Of a stretch of DNA of 64,000 nucleotides, positions 31,322-41,800 are shown piece by piece. Source of the DNA: Myxococcota bacterium (GTDB lineage Bacteria; Myxococcota_A; Polyangia; Nannocystales; Nannocystaceae); contig JBCCHT010000029.1 of NCBI GenBank assembly GCA_039028615.1, forward strand, positions 64,001 through 128,000, read 5' to 3'. The position numbers and the translations under genes are program-made. The first letter of the stretch is position 1; each line of letters opens with the position of its first letter. The notes under the pieces are model-generated. The model saw only the letters and a program-made list of their open reading frames with translations. It ran no database searches and was not told where the DNA came from.

Positions 31322-31398
31322 GAGGCCCCTCCCCCATGCGCCGTCCACCGAACAATCCGAGCAAGCCGAACCAGTGAAGTCATGGAGCCCCGCCTCGC

Positions 31399-34300
31399 TC
31401 AGAAGCTCTGCAGGAAGGTGACGTTGATGTTGAAGCGCGGCAGGACCTGCCGGACCTCGTCCGCGGACAACCCCTGCCGCTGGCCCAGAAGCTCGGGCAG
31501 CGGCTGATCGAGGCAGGTCGTATCCCGTCGCACGACGGGCACGGACACGTCGACTCGGAACAGCTGCGGCGTGACCCCGAAGATCGACAACCGAGCATCC
31601 GCCGCGTAGCCGACGTGGCCATACCAACTGTCGGCCCCCAGCCACCCCCGGAAGCTCTCGCATTGAGAGGCCGAGCCGGCTCCGGTGAACAAGGTACCGC
31701 CGAGGCTCCGCAAGTACCCCAAGTGCAGCAGGTTGAGGTGCAGGTCGTTGACGTAGACGTGTCGGTACTGCGCCTGCGCCAAGATCACGCCTCGGCCAAA
31801 GATTTCGTCCGCCAAGTACCCCGACAGGCCACCGATGCCCCCCAAGCGCGACAGGTTGCGGAACTCGCTGCGCCCGGAGATGGGGAAGACCATCTCGCCG
31901 CTCAGCGAGGTCGCCAGCACGTGATCATGGGCGAGCCGCCACAGGTGGACCCACACGGCCGACGCGACCATGTCGTGCACGTCCGGGGTGCCTTCGCCCG
32001 GCAGCCGCAGCGTGTGCCGTCCGCCGACGGCGACCGACAGCCACCGCCCGTGCTCCGGCCACCACCCAAAGCGGCGCGTGTCGTCGATCAGCGAGACCCG
32101 CTCGGTGACCCGCACGCCCCCCACCGGGTCGAGCGAGCTGCTGTTGAGCCACGAGCCGGATGCAAACACCCGGACTCGCGATCGACGTCGCTGATTGTTG
32201 ACCTTGTCGCCGAACCAGAAGTTGACGCTGCTCCCCAGCCCGATGTTGGTCTCCCGGTCCCGTGAGACCCGCAGATGCCCGGTGCGCCGCAGGTCGCGAC
32301 GCAGGCTGGTCTCGAACGAGGCGAACCCGGCGATGGCGTTGAAGCGGGAGGCGGGCGTGGTGGCGTTGAAGAACTCGGAGGCGGCAATGCTGACGCCCGC
32401 CCCGGTGTAGAGGAAACGGAACGCGGCCGGCCGGCGGTCGTTGAAACGAGGGTCGACGTTGCCCGCCGGAGCCTGAGCCGTTTGCAGCAATCGTGAGCGG
32501 GGGTCGAGACGGACTTCGTCGAGTCGTCGCGTGGTCCGTAGCGACCACGTATGCGTCCCCTGCCGCGGCTCGGTGGCCACGCTCTCGTTGTGCTCCGCGA
32601 TCTCGCCGTTCCAGACGAGGCGGTGCTCCTGCCCACGGCGCTCCACCACCAAGACCTGCACGGGCTCGATCACCGGCCGATTGCCGATGCGCTCCACCGT
32701 GATCTCGTGCTGCCAGCCGTCGCCGTCGCGCTCGCTGTGCACCCGATGCAGGGCGTAGTCGACGCTCGGATAGGGCCCGAGCCACTGGTCGAAGAACCAG
32801 TCCAAGGTGTGGCCGTAGGCGAGCTCTGCTTGGTGGCGAGGATCGGCCCGGGGCGAACGCATGATGCCCCGGTAGAAGCCGTCGACGGCCTCGTCCCCCG
32901 CGGTATCGAGCAGTTTTTCGTGGATGCGGCGTCCGGTCGGCAGCTCGTGCGAAAACCACAACGGGTGGTCACGCAGCGACATCACGTCCTCGACCCCACG
33001 AAAGTACGACTGCGAAAAACTCGCCTGCTGCGTGTAGAGAAAACGATCGACGGCCGGAACGAAGGTGAAGTTCTTCAGGAGCTCGGCCGCGAACTCGTCG
33101 GCGTGGTCGCGAGTACGCTGCCAAAGCTGAGACAGCGAGAACCCGAGCATGCCGGGCAGCCACAGGTCGGTGGAGGGGTCGTGCAGGCCCCGGAACTCCC
33201 GCTCGAGCACCATGTCGAACACGGCCCGGGCGATCGCAGTTTGGTGGAACTTCTGCAGGCGATCGGCGGGCAGCAACTCGAGCGCTTGATCGCTCAAGAC
33301 CACGACCCCGGGATGCGCCTGGGCGACGGTGTGCCGCAAGGGCCCCTGCACCACCGTGATCCGCCGATCCGGCGCGAGCGGCCGCCCCACCGCGGCGAGC
33401 AGCTGCACCGCCTCGGTGGCGATCTGCTGCACCTGCCCCGGCACGTCTCGCCGCAGCTGGATGCGAGTCTCATGCGGGACCTGCCCGGACGGTCGCGCCC
33501 GCGGATGCAGCACCTCGATCTCCACGCCGCGATGCACGGTGCGTGTGCGATGCCACCGCGGGCCCCAAACCACGGACGGGAACTGCCGCGGCGCGGTGCC
33601 GTCGCCCACTACCACGACTTCTTCGGGCTTCCGCCATGGCGCGTCGTTGGACGGCTCATCGCGGGGGCCCGACCGCTTCGCCGTCGCCGTGGACTCGACG
33701 CCTGCCCGGCCGCGCATCGGGTCTTCGTCCGGTCGCTGCGTCTGGCCCACCACCGAGGTCCCGCTGGGACGCAGGCGGCCCGGCGTCGCGAACTCGGCCT
33801 GCTCCACGGTCCAGCGGACCGGGTCGACCACGCGCCCCTCGGGGAGCCATCGACCGCCCTGCGCGGGCACGCTGGGCAGAGGCGCGAGGGCTCCGCTCAG
33901 GCTGCACCGCCGCCGCACACACCCGAAGGGCCAATACCGATGGGGGACGTCGACCGTGTAGCGCAGCGTGACGACCTCGGTCCCCGCGGGCAGCGTCAGC
34001 ACCAGGTCCCGCCGCGCGCCGACCCGCTCTCGCTTCTGGACGCCCCAAAACCCGGTGACCACCAGCGCGCCGCGGTCGAAGGGCCCGTCGAGATGCGTCG
34101 CGATCGAGACCTCGTCCAGCTCCACCGGATCACGGCTGATCGCCTCGGCGAAGTTCAGCAGCACTAGGCGCTGCCCTGCGGTCGCGGGCTCCGTCAGGCG
34201 GTACTCGACCACCCCCTCGACCCACGACCCGTTGCGATCGACTCGCGTCCCGTCGGGCAGGCCTTCTCCTCCGCGATAGATGGTGAGCCAGACCCGAGCG

Positions 34301-34536
34301 TCCTCGACCCGAGCCTCGGCGGTGGGCTCGGGCGAAGTCGCGGGGTCCTCGTGCGTCGTCGCGGGCCCGACTCGTTCGTCGCTCTCATCGACGAGACGCG
34401 CACCGACGGGCCCGCTGCGAGTCCCCGCCCATACGGCATCCGGCTTCGTGGAGAGCCCCTGAGGAGCCCGCCACGGCGTCGCCGAGGCCCACGCGGGCAC
34501 CAGCACCCAACACCCCAGCAGCACCCACAGGGCCAT
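31399..34536 (-). CDS. Secreted protein: degenerate M1 aminopeptidase-like domain fused to a C-terminal Omp85-like beta-barrel
   Basis: Signal peptide ending in AWA; M1-like AYGHTLDWFFDQWLGPYP but no HExxH; amphipathic strands, LGGIGGLSGY loop and C-terminal FNINVTFLQSF. Start uncertain. Confidence 0.7.
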   Translation of the reverse strand: MALWVLLGCWVLVPAWASATPWRAPQGLSTKPDAVWAGTRSGPVGARLVDESDERVGPATTHEDPATSPEPTAEARVEDARVWLTIYRGGEGLPDGTRVDRNGSWVEGVVEYRLTEPATAGQRLVLLNFAEAISRDPVELDEVSIATHLDGPFDRGALVVTGFWGVQKRERVGARRDLVLTLPAGTEVVTLRYTVDVPHRYWPFGCVRRRCSLSGALAPLPSVPAQGGRWLPEGRVVDPVRWTVEQAEFATPGRLRPSGTSVVGQTQRPDEDPMRGRAGVESTATAKRSGPRDEPSNDAPWRKPEEVVVVGDGTAPRQFPSVVWGPRWHRTRTVHRGVEIEVLHPRARPSGQVPHETRIQLRRDVPGQVQQIATEAVQLLAAVGRPLAPDRRITVVQGPLRHTVAQAHPGVVVLSDQALELLPADRLQKFHQTAIARAVFDMVLEREFRGLHDPSTDLWLPGMLGFSLSQLWQRTRDHADEFAAELLKNFTFVPAVDRFLYTQQASFSQSYFRGVEDVMSLRDHPLWFSHELPTGRRIHEKLLDTAGDEAVDGFYRGIMRSPRADPRHQAELAYGHTLDWFFDQWLGPYPSVDYALHRVHSERDGDGWQHEITVERIGNRPVIEPVQVLVVERRGQEHRLVWNGEIAEHNESVATEPRQGTHTWSLRTTRRLDEVRLDPRSRLLQTAQAPAGNVDPRFNDRRPAAFRFLYTGAGVSIAASEFFNATTPASRFNAIAGFASFETSLRRDLRRTGHLRVSRDRETNIGLGSSVNFWFGDKVNNQRRRSRVRVFASGSWLNSSSLDPVGGVRVTERVSLIDDTRRFGWWPEHGRWLSVAVGGRHTLRLPGEGTPDVHDMVASAVWVHLWRLAHDHVLATSLSGEMVFPISGRSEFRNLSRLGGIGGLSGYLADEIFGRGVILAQAQYRHVYVNDLHLNLLHLGYLRSLGGTLFTGAGSASQCESFRGWLGADSWYGHVGYAADARLSIFGVTPQLFRVDVSVPVVRRDTTCLDQPLPELLGQRQGLSADEVRQVLPRFNINVTFLQSF

Positions 34537-35003
34537 GAACCGGGAACAGATCCCGCCCCGGCTCTCCCCGCTACCCGAGCGCACCGAGCCGCCTGCTCGC
34601 ATGCCGCGTCCCCGTCTCACGCGGCGACGCTCTGCCGATCTCGCCGCGTTCATGCGAAAACATCTTCGCCCGCCGGGCCCACCGCCGCATGATGCCCTCG
34701 TCCCGTACGCGGGTCGCATCGAAGCATCTCGGTCGCAATGGCGCATCGAGTGCCCAAACGCGGGCGTAGCCGTGCTGGACACGACCTCGACAGACCGGCA
34801 TTGACGAACGGACACGGGTCGGGCGATCTTGCGGCATTGCCCCCCGGGGACGAAAGGTCCCCCACAACTTGTTTGGCAACTGAAAGGCCTCTCGAACGTG
34901 GGCTGCTCGGATGGGCAGCGAGACGCAGAATTTCGCCTTCAACCGGTGCAAACAGGGCATGTGAGGTTTGACAGTTGGCGCCCTTCGTTGGACGCTGCGG
35001 ACC

Positions 35004-37289
35004 ATGGGTTTTATCCCCCCGCTCGTCGCCTCGAGCTTTGGTCTGCTGCTGTCTCCGCTGGCGTTGGCCGCTGCTCCTCCTGCGCTCCCTGAGGGTGATG
35101 CAACCGAGACCGAAACGCCAGCCGATGCTGCGCCCGCCGACGCGGCTCCGGCTGATGCCGCGCCCGCCGATGCGGCTCCGGCCGATGCTGCGCCCGCCGA
35201 TGATCCAGCCGCGGGCGCCGAAGCATCGGGCGAAGCAGGCGTCGATGCGTCGTTCTCTGCCGACGCCGACTTGAGTGCCGAGATCGGTGACTCCGGTCTG
35301 CTCGGTGGCAGCGGCGAAGAGGACGAGGCCGATGAAGGCCGACGCAACCGTCGAGATCGAGGAGGCGACGACGACGAAGCGGCAGCCAAGCCCGACGATC
35401 CGAGCATGGTGCGAGGCCGTCGCGAGCCCATGATGAACACCAATCGCGGTGCAGCGGGTCTATTCCGCACCACGCTGCCCGATGCGGGAGGCAAGTACAC
35501 CTTCCGCTTCAAGCTCCACACCGACTTCTTCCGCAAGGAGGGCTTCGTCTATGTCGGTGATGCGGGCCCCGATCAGCACGCTCGAGTGCGCGGCGGCGTG
35601 GCCATGTCGTTCTCCCCCTTCGAATGGGGTGAGTTGTTCATGTCCATCAACAGCCAGGCCAACCGCAACGCTCGCGAGCAACCCGGGCGCCAAGACGCCG
35701 ACGCGGTGTTCGCCCTCGGCGACGTGGACTTCGGCCTCAAGGGCGCCCACCGCTTCACCAAACTCGGTATCGGCGTCGGTGGTCAGGTCGGCGTCGGGCT
35801 GCTGTCGGGCAGCGATCGATTGCTGACCTCGGGCGTCAACGTGTGGTTCGACGGCTTGTTCGCCGTCGACATCCGCTACCTGACGAAGAGCCAGTTCCCG
35901 TTCCGGTTCACCACCAACCTCGGCTGGATCTACGACAGCTCGCTGAACATCGCGCCCTTCGGGCGGATCTCCGATGACGTGAGCCGTGAGGTGACCCGCT
36001 TCTCGCTGGGCGCCAACCACAACCGCATGCGCATGAAGTACGCGGTGGACTTCCCCATCCGGCTCGGCAAGGAGCGGCAGTTCGGCCTCGACCCGATCTT
36101 GGAGTGGGCGTGGGACATCTCGACGCAAGAGGAGAGCATCGCGTTCGGTCGCGATGACGCTCAGCCCTCCCCCCTGCCCCGCTCCAGCCAGTGGGTCACG
36201 GCGGGCCTGCGGGCCAACGTGGTCGCCGGGCTGCACCTCGAGGCGGCGGTCGACGTCGGCCTCGTGTCGCCCAACTACGAGTTCGGGCCCGGCGTGCCCC
36301 CGTGGCAGGTCTTGCTCGGCTTGGGCTGGTCCTTCGATCCGAAGCCGGTCGTCAAGGAGGTCGAGGTCGAGACTCCTGCCCCGCCGCCGCCTCCGCCCGA
36401 GCCCGTCGCGCTCGAAGGCCGCATCGTGGGTCAGGTGCTCGACCCGGCGGGCAACCCCATCGCCGACGCGCGGGTCATGTTCCCCGGCCTCAGCAGCACC
36501 GCGGTGCTCACCGACGCCAACGGCAGCTTCACCAGCTTCCGCTTCCCCGCGGGCCAAGTCGCGGCCCAGGTCATGATCGGCGACACCGTCGTCTCCGAGC
36601 AGACCTTCGAGGTCAAAAACGGCGAGGACAGCCAGGCCACCATCCAGCTCGAGACCATGCCCGCACCGCCCACCGGGATCGTGCAGGGAGCGATCACCGA
36701 CGAGCAGGGCAACCCGGTCCAGTTCTCGATGCGCGTGTCCGGCCAGGGCGTCGACCAGAGCTTCGACTCCACGCCGGGCGGTCTCATCGCCCTCGAGCTG
36801 TACGTCGGCGACTACGTCGGCACGGTCACCGCGGCGGGCTTCAAGACCAAGGACGTCCGCTTCACCGTCCCCGAGGGCGGCGAGCTCCAGCTCTCCGAGC
36901 AGCTCAAGGCGGACAAGCCCCCCGAGACGCCCAACGTTCGCGGCTCGAAGCGGGGGATCAGCCTGCGCAAGAAGATCCGCTACAACGGCAACGACGTCAG
37001 CCCGAAGAGCCACAAGATCCTCGACGAGCTGGCCGTCTTCATGAACGCGCACCCCGAGTTCCGGCTCATCCAGATCAACGTCCACACGGACAACCTGGGC
37101 AACCCGCGGGGTCGCTCGCAGGCTCGCGCCGACGCGGTCAAGGCGTACCTGACCTCCAAGGGGGTCTCGCCCACACGCATCAAGGCCAAGGGCCACGCCG
37201 ACCGCAAGCCGGTCGCCGTCAACCTCACCGCCGCGGGTCGGGCCAAGAACAACCGCACCAGCATCTCGGTGAAGGAGCACGGCGGCTAG
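35004..37289 (+). CDS. OmpA-family outer-membrane protein (N-terminal barrel, two carboxypeptidase-regulatory-like domains, OmpA_C)
   Basis: Signal peptide; aromatic beta-strands ending LGLGWSF; Pro linker; GQVLDPAGNPI and GAITDEQGNPV domains; HTDNLG...SQARADAVKAYL...GRAKNNR. Confidence 0.88.
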   Translation: MGFIPPLVASSFGLLLSPLALAAAPPALPEGDATETETPADAAPADAAPADAAPADAAPADAAPADDPAAGAEASGEAGVDASFSADADLSAEIGDSGLLGGSGEEDEADEGRRNRRDRGGDDDEAAAKPDDPSMVRGRREPMMNTNRGAAGLFRTTLPDAGGKYTFRFKLHTDFFRKEGFVYVGDAGPDQHARVRGGVAMSFSPFEWGELFMSINSQANRNAREQPGRQDADAVFALGDVDFGLKGAHRFTKLGIGVGGQVGVGLLSGSDRLLTSGVNVWFDGLFAVDIRYLTKSQFPFRFTTNLGWIYDSSLNIAPFGRISDDVSREVTRFSLGANHNRMRMKYAVDFPIRLGKERQFGLDPILEWAWDISTQEESIAFGRDDAQPSPLPRSSQWVTAGLRANVVAGLHLEAAVDVGLVSPNYEFGPGVPPWQVLLGLGWSFDPKPVVKEVEVETPAPPPPPPEPVALEGRIVGQVLDPAGNPIADARVMFPGLSSTAVLTDANGSFTSFRFPAGQVAAQVMIGDTVVSEQTFEVKNGEDSQATIQLETMPAPPTGIVQGAITDEQGNPVQFSMRVSGQGVDQSFDSTPGGLIALELYVGDYVGTVTAAGFKTKDVRFTVPEGGELQLSEQLKADKPPETPNVRGSKRGISLRKKIRYNGNDVSPKSHKILDELAVFMNAHPEFRLIQINVHTDNLGNPRGRSQARADAVKAYLTSKGVSPTRIKAKGHADRKPVAVNLTAAGRAKNNRTSISVKEHGG
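35121..35201 (+). repeat. 15-bp coding tandem repeat (ADAAP)n, about 5.4 copies
   Basis: gccgatgctgcgccc / gccgacgcggctccg / gctgatgccgcgccc / gccgatgcggctccg / gccgatgctgcgccc / gccgat. Confidence 0.9.
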
Positions 37290-37355
37290 CCGTCGGCGCC
37301 TCACTCGGCCACGGGGGCCGCGTCTCACTGTCGGGTGGACGCGGCCTTCGTCGTC

Positions 37356-37844
37356 TCAGGCGTCGGGTACGAGCGACTTCCAGAACACGACCTGGTGGTC
37401 GTCCGGGCCGTAGAACTGCCGGATGCGAGCCTCTTCGGCGTATCCGAGGCGAGTGTAGAACGCCCGAGAACCGACGTACGCGTCGGTGGAAGAGGTGTGG
37501 ATGATCATCGTGCGCGCGACGTCGGACCCACGACCGGCGAGTGTGTCCTCGACGAAACGGATCAGCTTCTGACCGTATCCATGCCCCTGTTGCTGCGGCG
37601 AGACGGCGATGAAGTACAGGTTCCACATCCGATCGGCGAAGGGCTCGGGGGCGTAGTACACCCCGCCCACGACCGTGCCGTCGGCCTCGAGCACCAGCCA
37701 GTGATCGTCCTCGCCCGCCGCACGGAATTGTTCGGAGAGCATGCCGACGTCTTCGGGGGTGAACATCCCGGCTGCCACCGCGATGGTCTCGAGCGTGGGG
37801 AGGTCCTCGAGCGTAGCGGCGCGGATCGAATGCACGTCGGTCAC
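37356..37844 (-). CDS. GNAT family N-acetyltransferase
   Basis: IRAAT, LYFIAVSPQQQGHGYGQKL acetyl-CoA motif A, RAFYTRLGY. Confidence 0.92.
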   Translation of the reverse strand: MTDVHSIRAATLEDLPTLETIAVAAGMFTPEDVGMLSEQFRAAGEDDHWLVLEADGTVVGGVYYAPEPFADRMWNLYFIAVSPQQQGHGYGQKLIRFVEDTLAGRGSDVARTMIIHTSSTDAYVGSRAFYTRLGYAEEARIRQFYGPDDHQVVFWKSLVPDA

Positions 37845-37907
37845 GAGGCGTAGGCTCCCACGTCGCGTCGCCCTCGCACCAGACGATGCCGTACGGCACG
37901 TCGTGGA

Positions 37908-38666
37908 TCAGCGATCGCCGTAGGCGTCGGACAGCTCGCTGATCCCCTGGACCAGCCGCGCTGGGAGCTCCGATCCTTCCCGACCGAGCTCGCGCAGCAC
38001 CTGCTCGTAGCTCGGCAATCCGTTGCCGGGGATCCGGGGGATGCGGTCGAGCGCGCGTCGCAACTTGTCGAGCGTATCGAGACCCATCACCCAGCGCTGC
38101 TCGGCGTGCAGTCGGAACACCTTGTCGACCCACGCGCCCTTGCCCGTGTGCTCGGCGACACGCAGCAGGCAATTGACCGAGGTCTCGGCCGCGGGATGAT
38201 TGGCGGGCACCTTCACCGCCGACAGCTGCTTGTACAGCGCGGAGGCGTAGCGCTCGGCATCGCGGTTCTTCCCGACCTTGAGCGCCTTTTCGATCAGCTG
38301 GCTCATCAGCTCGGGCATGCCGGACATCTGCCCGGGAGCCAGGGTCTGACGCAGCTGGAGCGAGGTGTCGGAGGTATCGGCGGGCTCGCTCTCGATGACC
38401 GTCATCAGCTCGCGCCCGATCCGCACTCGGTCGCCGTCCCGGAGCGTCATGCGCCCGTGGACGCGGTCGCCGTTGACGTAAGTGCCATTGCGGCTGTCGA
38501 GGTCTTCGATCTCGATGGTGCCGACCTCGGCGTGAAACCGGGCATGAACGCGTGAGCTGAGTTCGTCCTCGAGGGTCAACCAGCAATCGGAGCTACGTCC
38601 GACTTCGTGGATGCCCAGGGGCAACACCATGGTGTTGCCGCCCAGCCTGAGCTTGAACTGCGGCAC
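37908..38666 (-). CDS. FHA domain protein
   Basis: VGRSSDC, SRVHA, DLDSRNGTYVNG and LRDGDRVRIG motifs, then a helical C-terminal domain. GTG start with GAGG upstream. Confidence 0.92.
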   Translation of the reverse strand: MPQFKLRLGGNTMVLPLGIHEVGRSSDCWLTLEDELSSRVHARFHAEVGTIEIEDLDSRNGTYVNGDRVHGRMTLRDGDRVRIGRELMTVIESEPADTSDTSLQLRQTLAPGQMSGMPELMSQLIEKALKVGKNRDAERYASALYKQLSAVKVPANHPAAETSVNCLLRVAEHTGKGAWVDKVFRLHAEQRWVMGLDTLDKLRRALDRIPRIPGNGLPSYEQVLRELGREGSELPARLVQGISELSDAYGDR

Positions 38667-38831
38667 CTGCACCTCACCATACCGCAACTTGTGGCGTACG
38701 CCGAAGGAGAGGCATTTTGTCCTCCACCTTTGCGCCATTGGCGCAATGCGCGGCGAAGGTGGACGATCTCGGCCCCCATCCGCTCGGACCGACGGGCCCG
38801 AGCGGATGCGCTCGCGTAACGAAGTCCCGGC

Positions 38832-41800
38832 TCAGCGAACGAGGAACTGCTGATCCGGATTGATCTCGGCGACGTCGTGCACGATGCGAACGACCTGGCC
38901 TCGAATGCCGGCGACCCCACCCCGCCCGCCGGCGTCGATGATGAAGTCGGCCTCGAACTCGGGTCCGCGAATGATCCGCACCGGATAGACCAGCGGCGAG
39001 GTTCCGACCACCACGGGCTCGTTGTAGGGCACGAAGCCGTTCTGGCTGGCGAACTCCTCGCGGTAGCCGTCGGGGATCCGGGCGCGCAGGAACTCGGCGA
39101 AGCTGGCCGGCCACGGCCGCGTGGGTGAGTCGGGCGGCGCGGAGACGAGACCGGTGAGGCTGGTGAGGTCGATGATCACCGACATCACCGGGTTGGAGTA
39201 CCGAATGGCCGGCACCAACTCGTCACGGTAGCGGAACGTATGGAACAGCGACGCCGGGCCGGCCGCTCGCTCGGCGACGATGCGGCACGGGTTGGGATCG
39301 TCCGGGCTCGCCTGGTCGGGATTGACACAGTCCGGGATCTGCCAGAGGCCGGTGCCGAAGGTGGACTCGGCGTCGGGGCCCAGGCGGATGCGGCTGGTCA
39401 ACAAGTTCGAGACCTGCTCGTCCTCGACACACTCGCCGGTCAGCGGAGAAGAGATGACGCGATCGGTCAAGAACGGCGTGGAAGAGCCCGAGAACGCAAG
39501 GGATTCGTGTAGCTGCACCGAGTAGCGAACGAGCTCGGGGAAGCAGCGCGGACCCGGCAGCGGGCTGAGCATGCAGCCGGGGTTGTTGTCCTCGCAGGGC
39601 ACGTGGCAGGTGCCCGCCACGCAGACCTCGCCCTCACCCAGGCACTCCTGCGTGTAGACGGTGGGGTTGCCGTCCTCGTCGAAGTCGCCCTCGACGGTGA
39701 ACTGAGAGTCGCAGGGCAGCGGAGGCTGCTCGCCGGTCGGCGGCGCACACAGGTCGCAGGGCGCCCGGCACAGGGACTCGACGCACACGTACTGCGAGCC
39801 GAGGCCATCGCAATCGGCGTCGTCGTTGCAGCCGCCGTCGGGCTGCTGACCGACGCACTGGCCCGCGGACTCGCCTTCGGGCACGACGCAGCTCATCAGG
39901 CCACGCTGGTTCGGATCCTCGCCGACCAGGTCGTAGGGATCGGGCAGGCAGTCGTCGTCGATCGAACAGGCCTCGGCCGTCGCCGTGCTCGGCGTGGCGC
40001 CGACCCCCTGGTGGAGGATGGGCGCGTCACACGAAAGCCGGGTTCGATACTCGACCAGGTCGACGTCGGGCGCGGCCGACTCGGGGTCGAGCTCGTCCGC
40101 CGTAGCCATGTCGCGGACGATGGTCCGCTCCGGGATGTCGAGGGGCTGCAGCCACAGCTCTTGGTCGGTGGCGCGGGTGATCCGGTACTCGCGCTGAGCC
40201 GATCCGCACGGGTCCCGAATGAAGGGCGCGCAGACTTCGCGCAGCGTCTCCCGCTCGGTGTCGTACGCGAGCTCGGAGATGCAGATACCCGTGGCGGTGC
40301 TGGGCGCGGTGGGCTCGCGCAGGCAGCGTTGGCCGAGGCCGCAGCTGTCGTCGTCGGAGCACCCGCCGATCACGACCTTGTCGCCCGCGAGCACGCCGTC
40401 TTCGCAGAACGCGGCGCCTTCATCGAGCAGGCGCGCGTCGTCCTCCTCGATGTTGCGGCAGGTGGCCCCGGGCAGCGCATTGCCGCTGGGGCTGACGCCG
40501 CCGTGGTTGTCGCACTCGAGCAAGCCGGTGGAGCTGCTGGTGCCGGGCACGGTGGGCTCCCACGCCAAGGTCCACGCCTGGGACCCCCACAGCTGGAAGT
40601 CGCGCACGGCGACGCGGGGGGCGGCGTTGGTGTACAGGCCGCCGTCCTCGGTCTCGAAGCGCCCGAGCCCGTCGATGTTCTCGACCCCACCGAGCGCGGT
40701 GGAGACCGCCTCTTGGGTGTCGGAGACGTTGGCTCCCGTGGCGTAGGCCAAGTCGATGCGACGCAGGGAGGGCGAGAGGCTCTGGGCGTCCCCGCCCCCG
40801 CCCGGCAGCGCGCGTCCCGGCTCCTCGTCGGCCACCAGCGGCAGCGCGTCGGCCACCGGGTTGCTGGCAAAGGGGTCGATGGCGGGCCACAGCGAGTGCG
40901 GGCGCACCTGAACGCTCATGACACCGACCGGGTCGACGCTCACGTCCACGCGCTCGTCGACGAAGAACTGGCCGAAGCTCGAGTACACGACCGTGCCGAC
41001 CGAGGTCACGCCCACGCCGACCACGCCCGGTCCACAGAACGGGGTGTGCCGGTCCTCGGGACGAATGCTCTCGGTCTCGAGGATGCTGCAGAAGGTCCGC
41101 GCGTCTTCCTCGCTGACCTCGTGGAAGGTCCAGTCGTTGACGGTCGCGCCACCCGAGGCTCGGATGCCGGGGCCGACGGCGAAGGGACGACGGCTGAGCT
41201 CGTTGCCGACCTGCCCTGGATCGAGCGGCACGCAGGCGCTGGGCGCCTCGAGCACGGGGTCGATCTGAGTGTCGCACTCGACGCCCAGCGATCCGCGATC
41301 CGGGTCGCGACGCACGACGTGGGTCGAGCCGTCGCCCGCGATCACGTACAGGTACTGCAGCGTCTCGCCGAGGATGTCGGTCACCGGGGTCGCCCGGATG
41401 CCCTGCACGCCCTCGGCCTCTTCGAGCTGGAGCGACTGCACGGTGTCGGCGAAGCGACCGTCCTCGTCGAGCTCGATCTCGTAGACCTCTTCGGAGCCGG
41501 GGCCGCCCACGAACAGCGTCGAGTAGGTCACGACCTCGTTGGGCTCCGTGGCGGTGCCGTCGGGATCGGGGTCGACCACTAGCTCCAGGGTGGTCGGGAA
41601 CACGCCGTCGGGGTCGACCAGCTCGACCTCCGCGGGCAGCGCGCCGTCGAATTGATCCGGGCAATCGACCGGGCACAGCGGCTCGGTGCCCGCGTCCACG
41701 ATCTCGATCTCGCCGTCCGCGTTGGTCACGAAGCGGCGGCTCTGCAGGATCGTCTGCGTGCCCAGGCTGATCTCGGCGACCAGCTGACAGGACGGGAAGG

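Noticed and set aside
35121..35201. Short direct repeats as a possible CRISPR array
   Set aside because: Contiguous in-frame coding repeats without unique spacers; no cas genes in the window.
35004..37289. traB call for the OmpA-family gene
   Set aside because: No TSP3 repeats and no adjacent traA-like gene with MYXO-CTERM.
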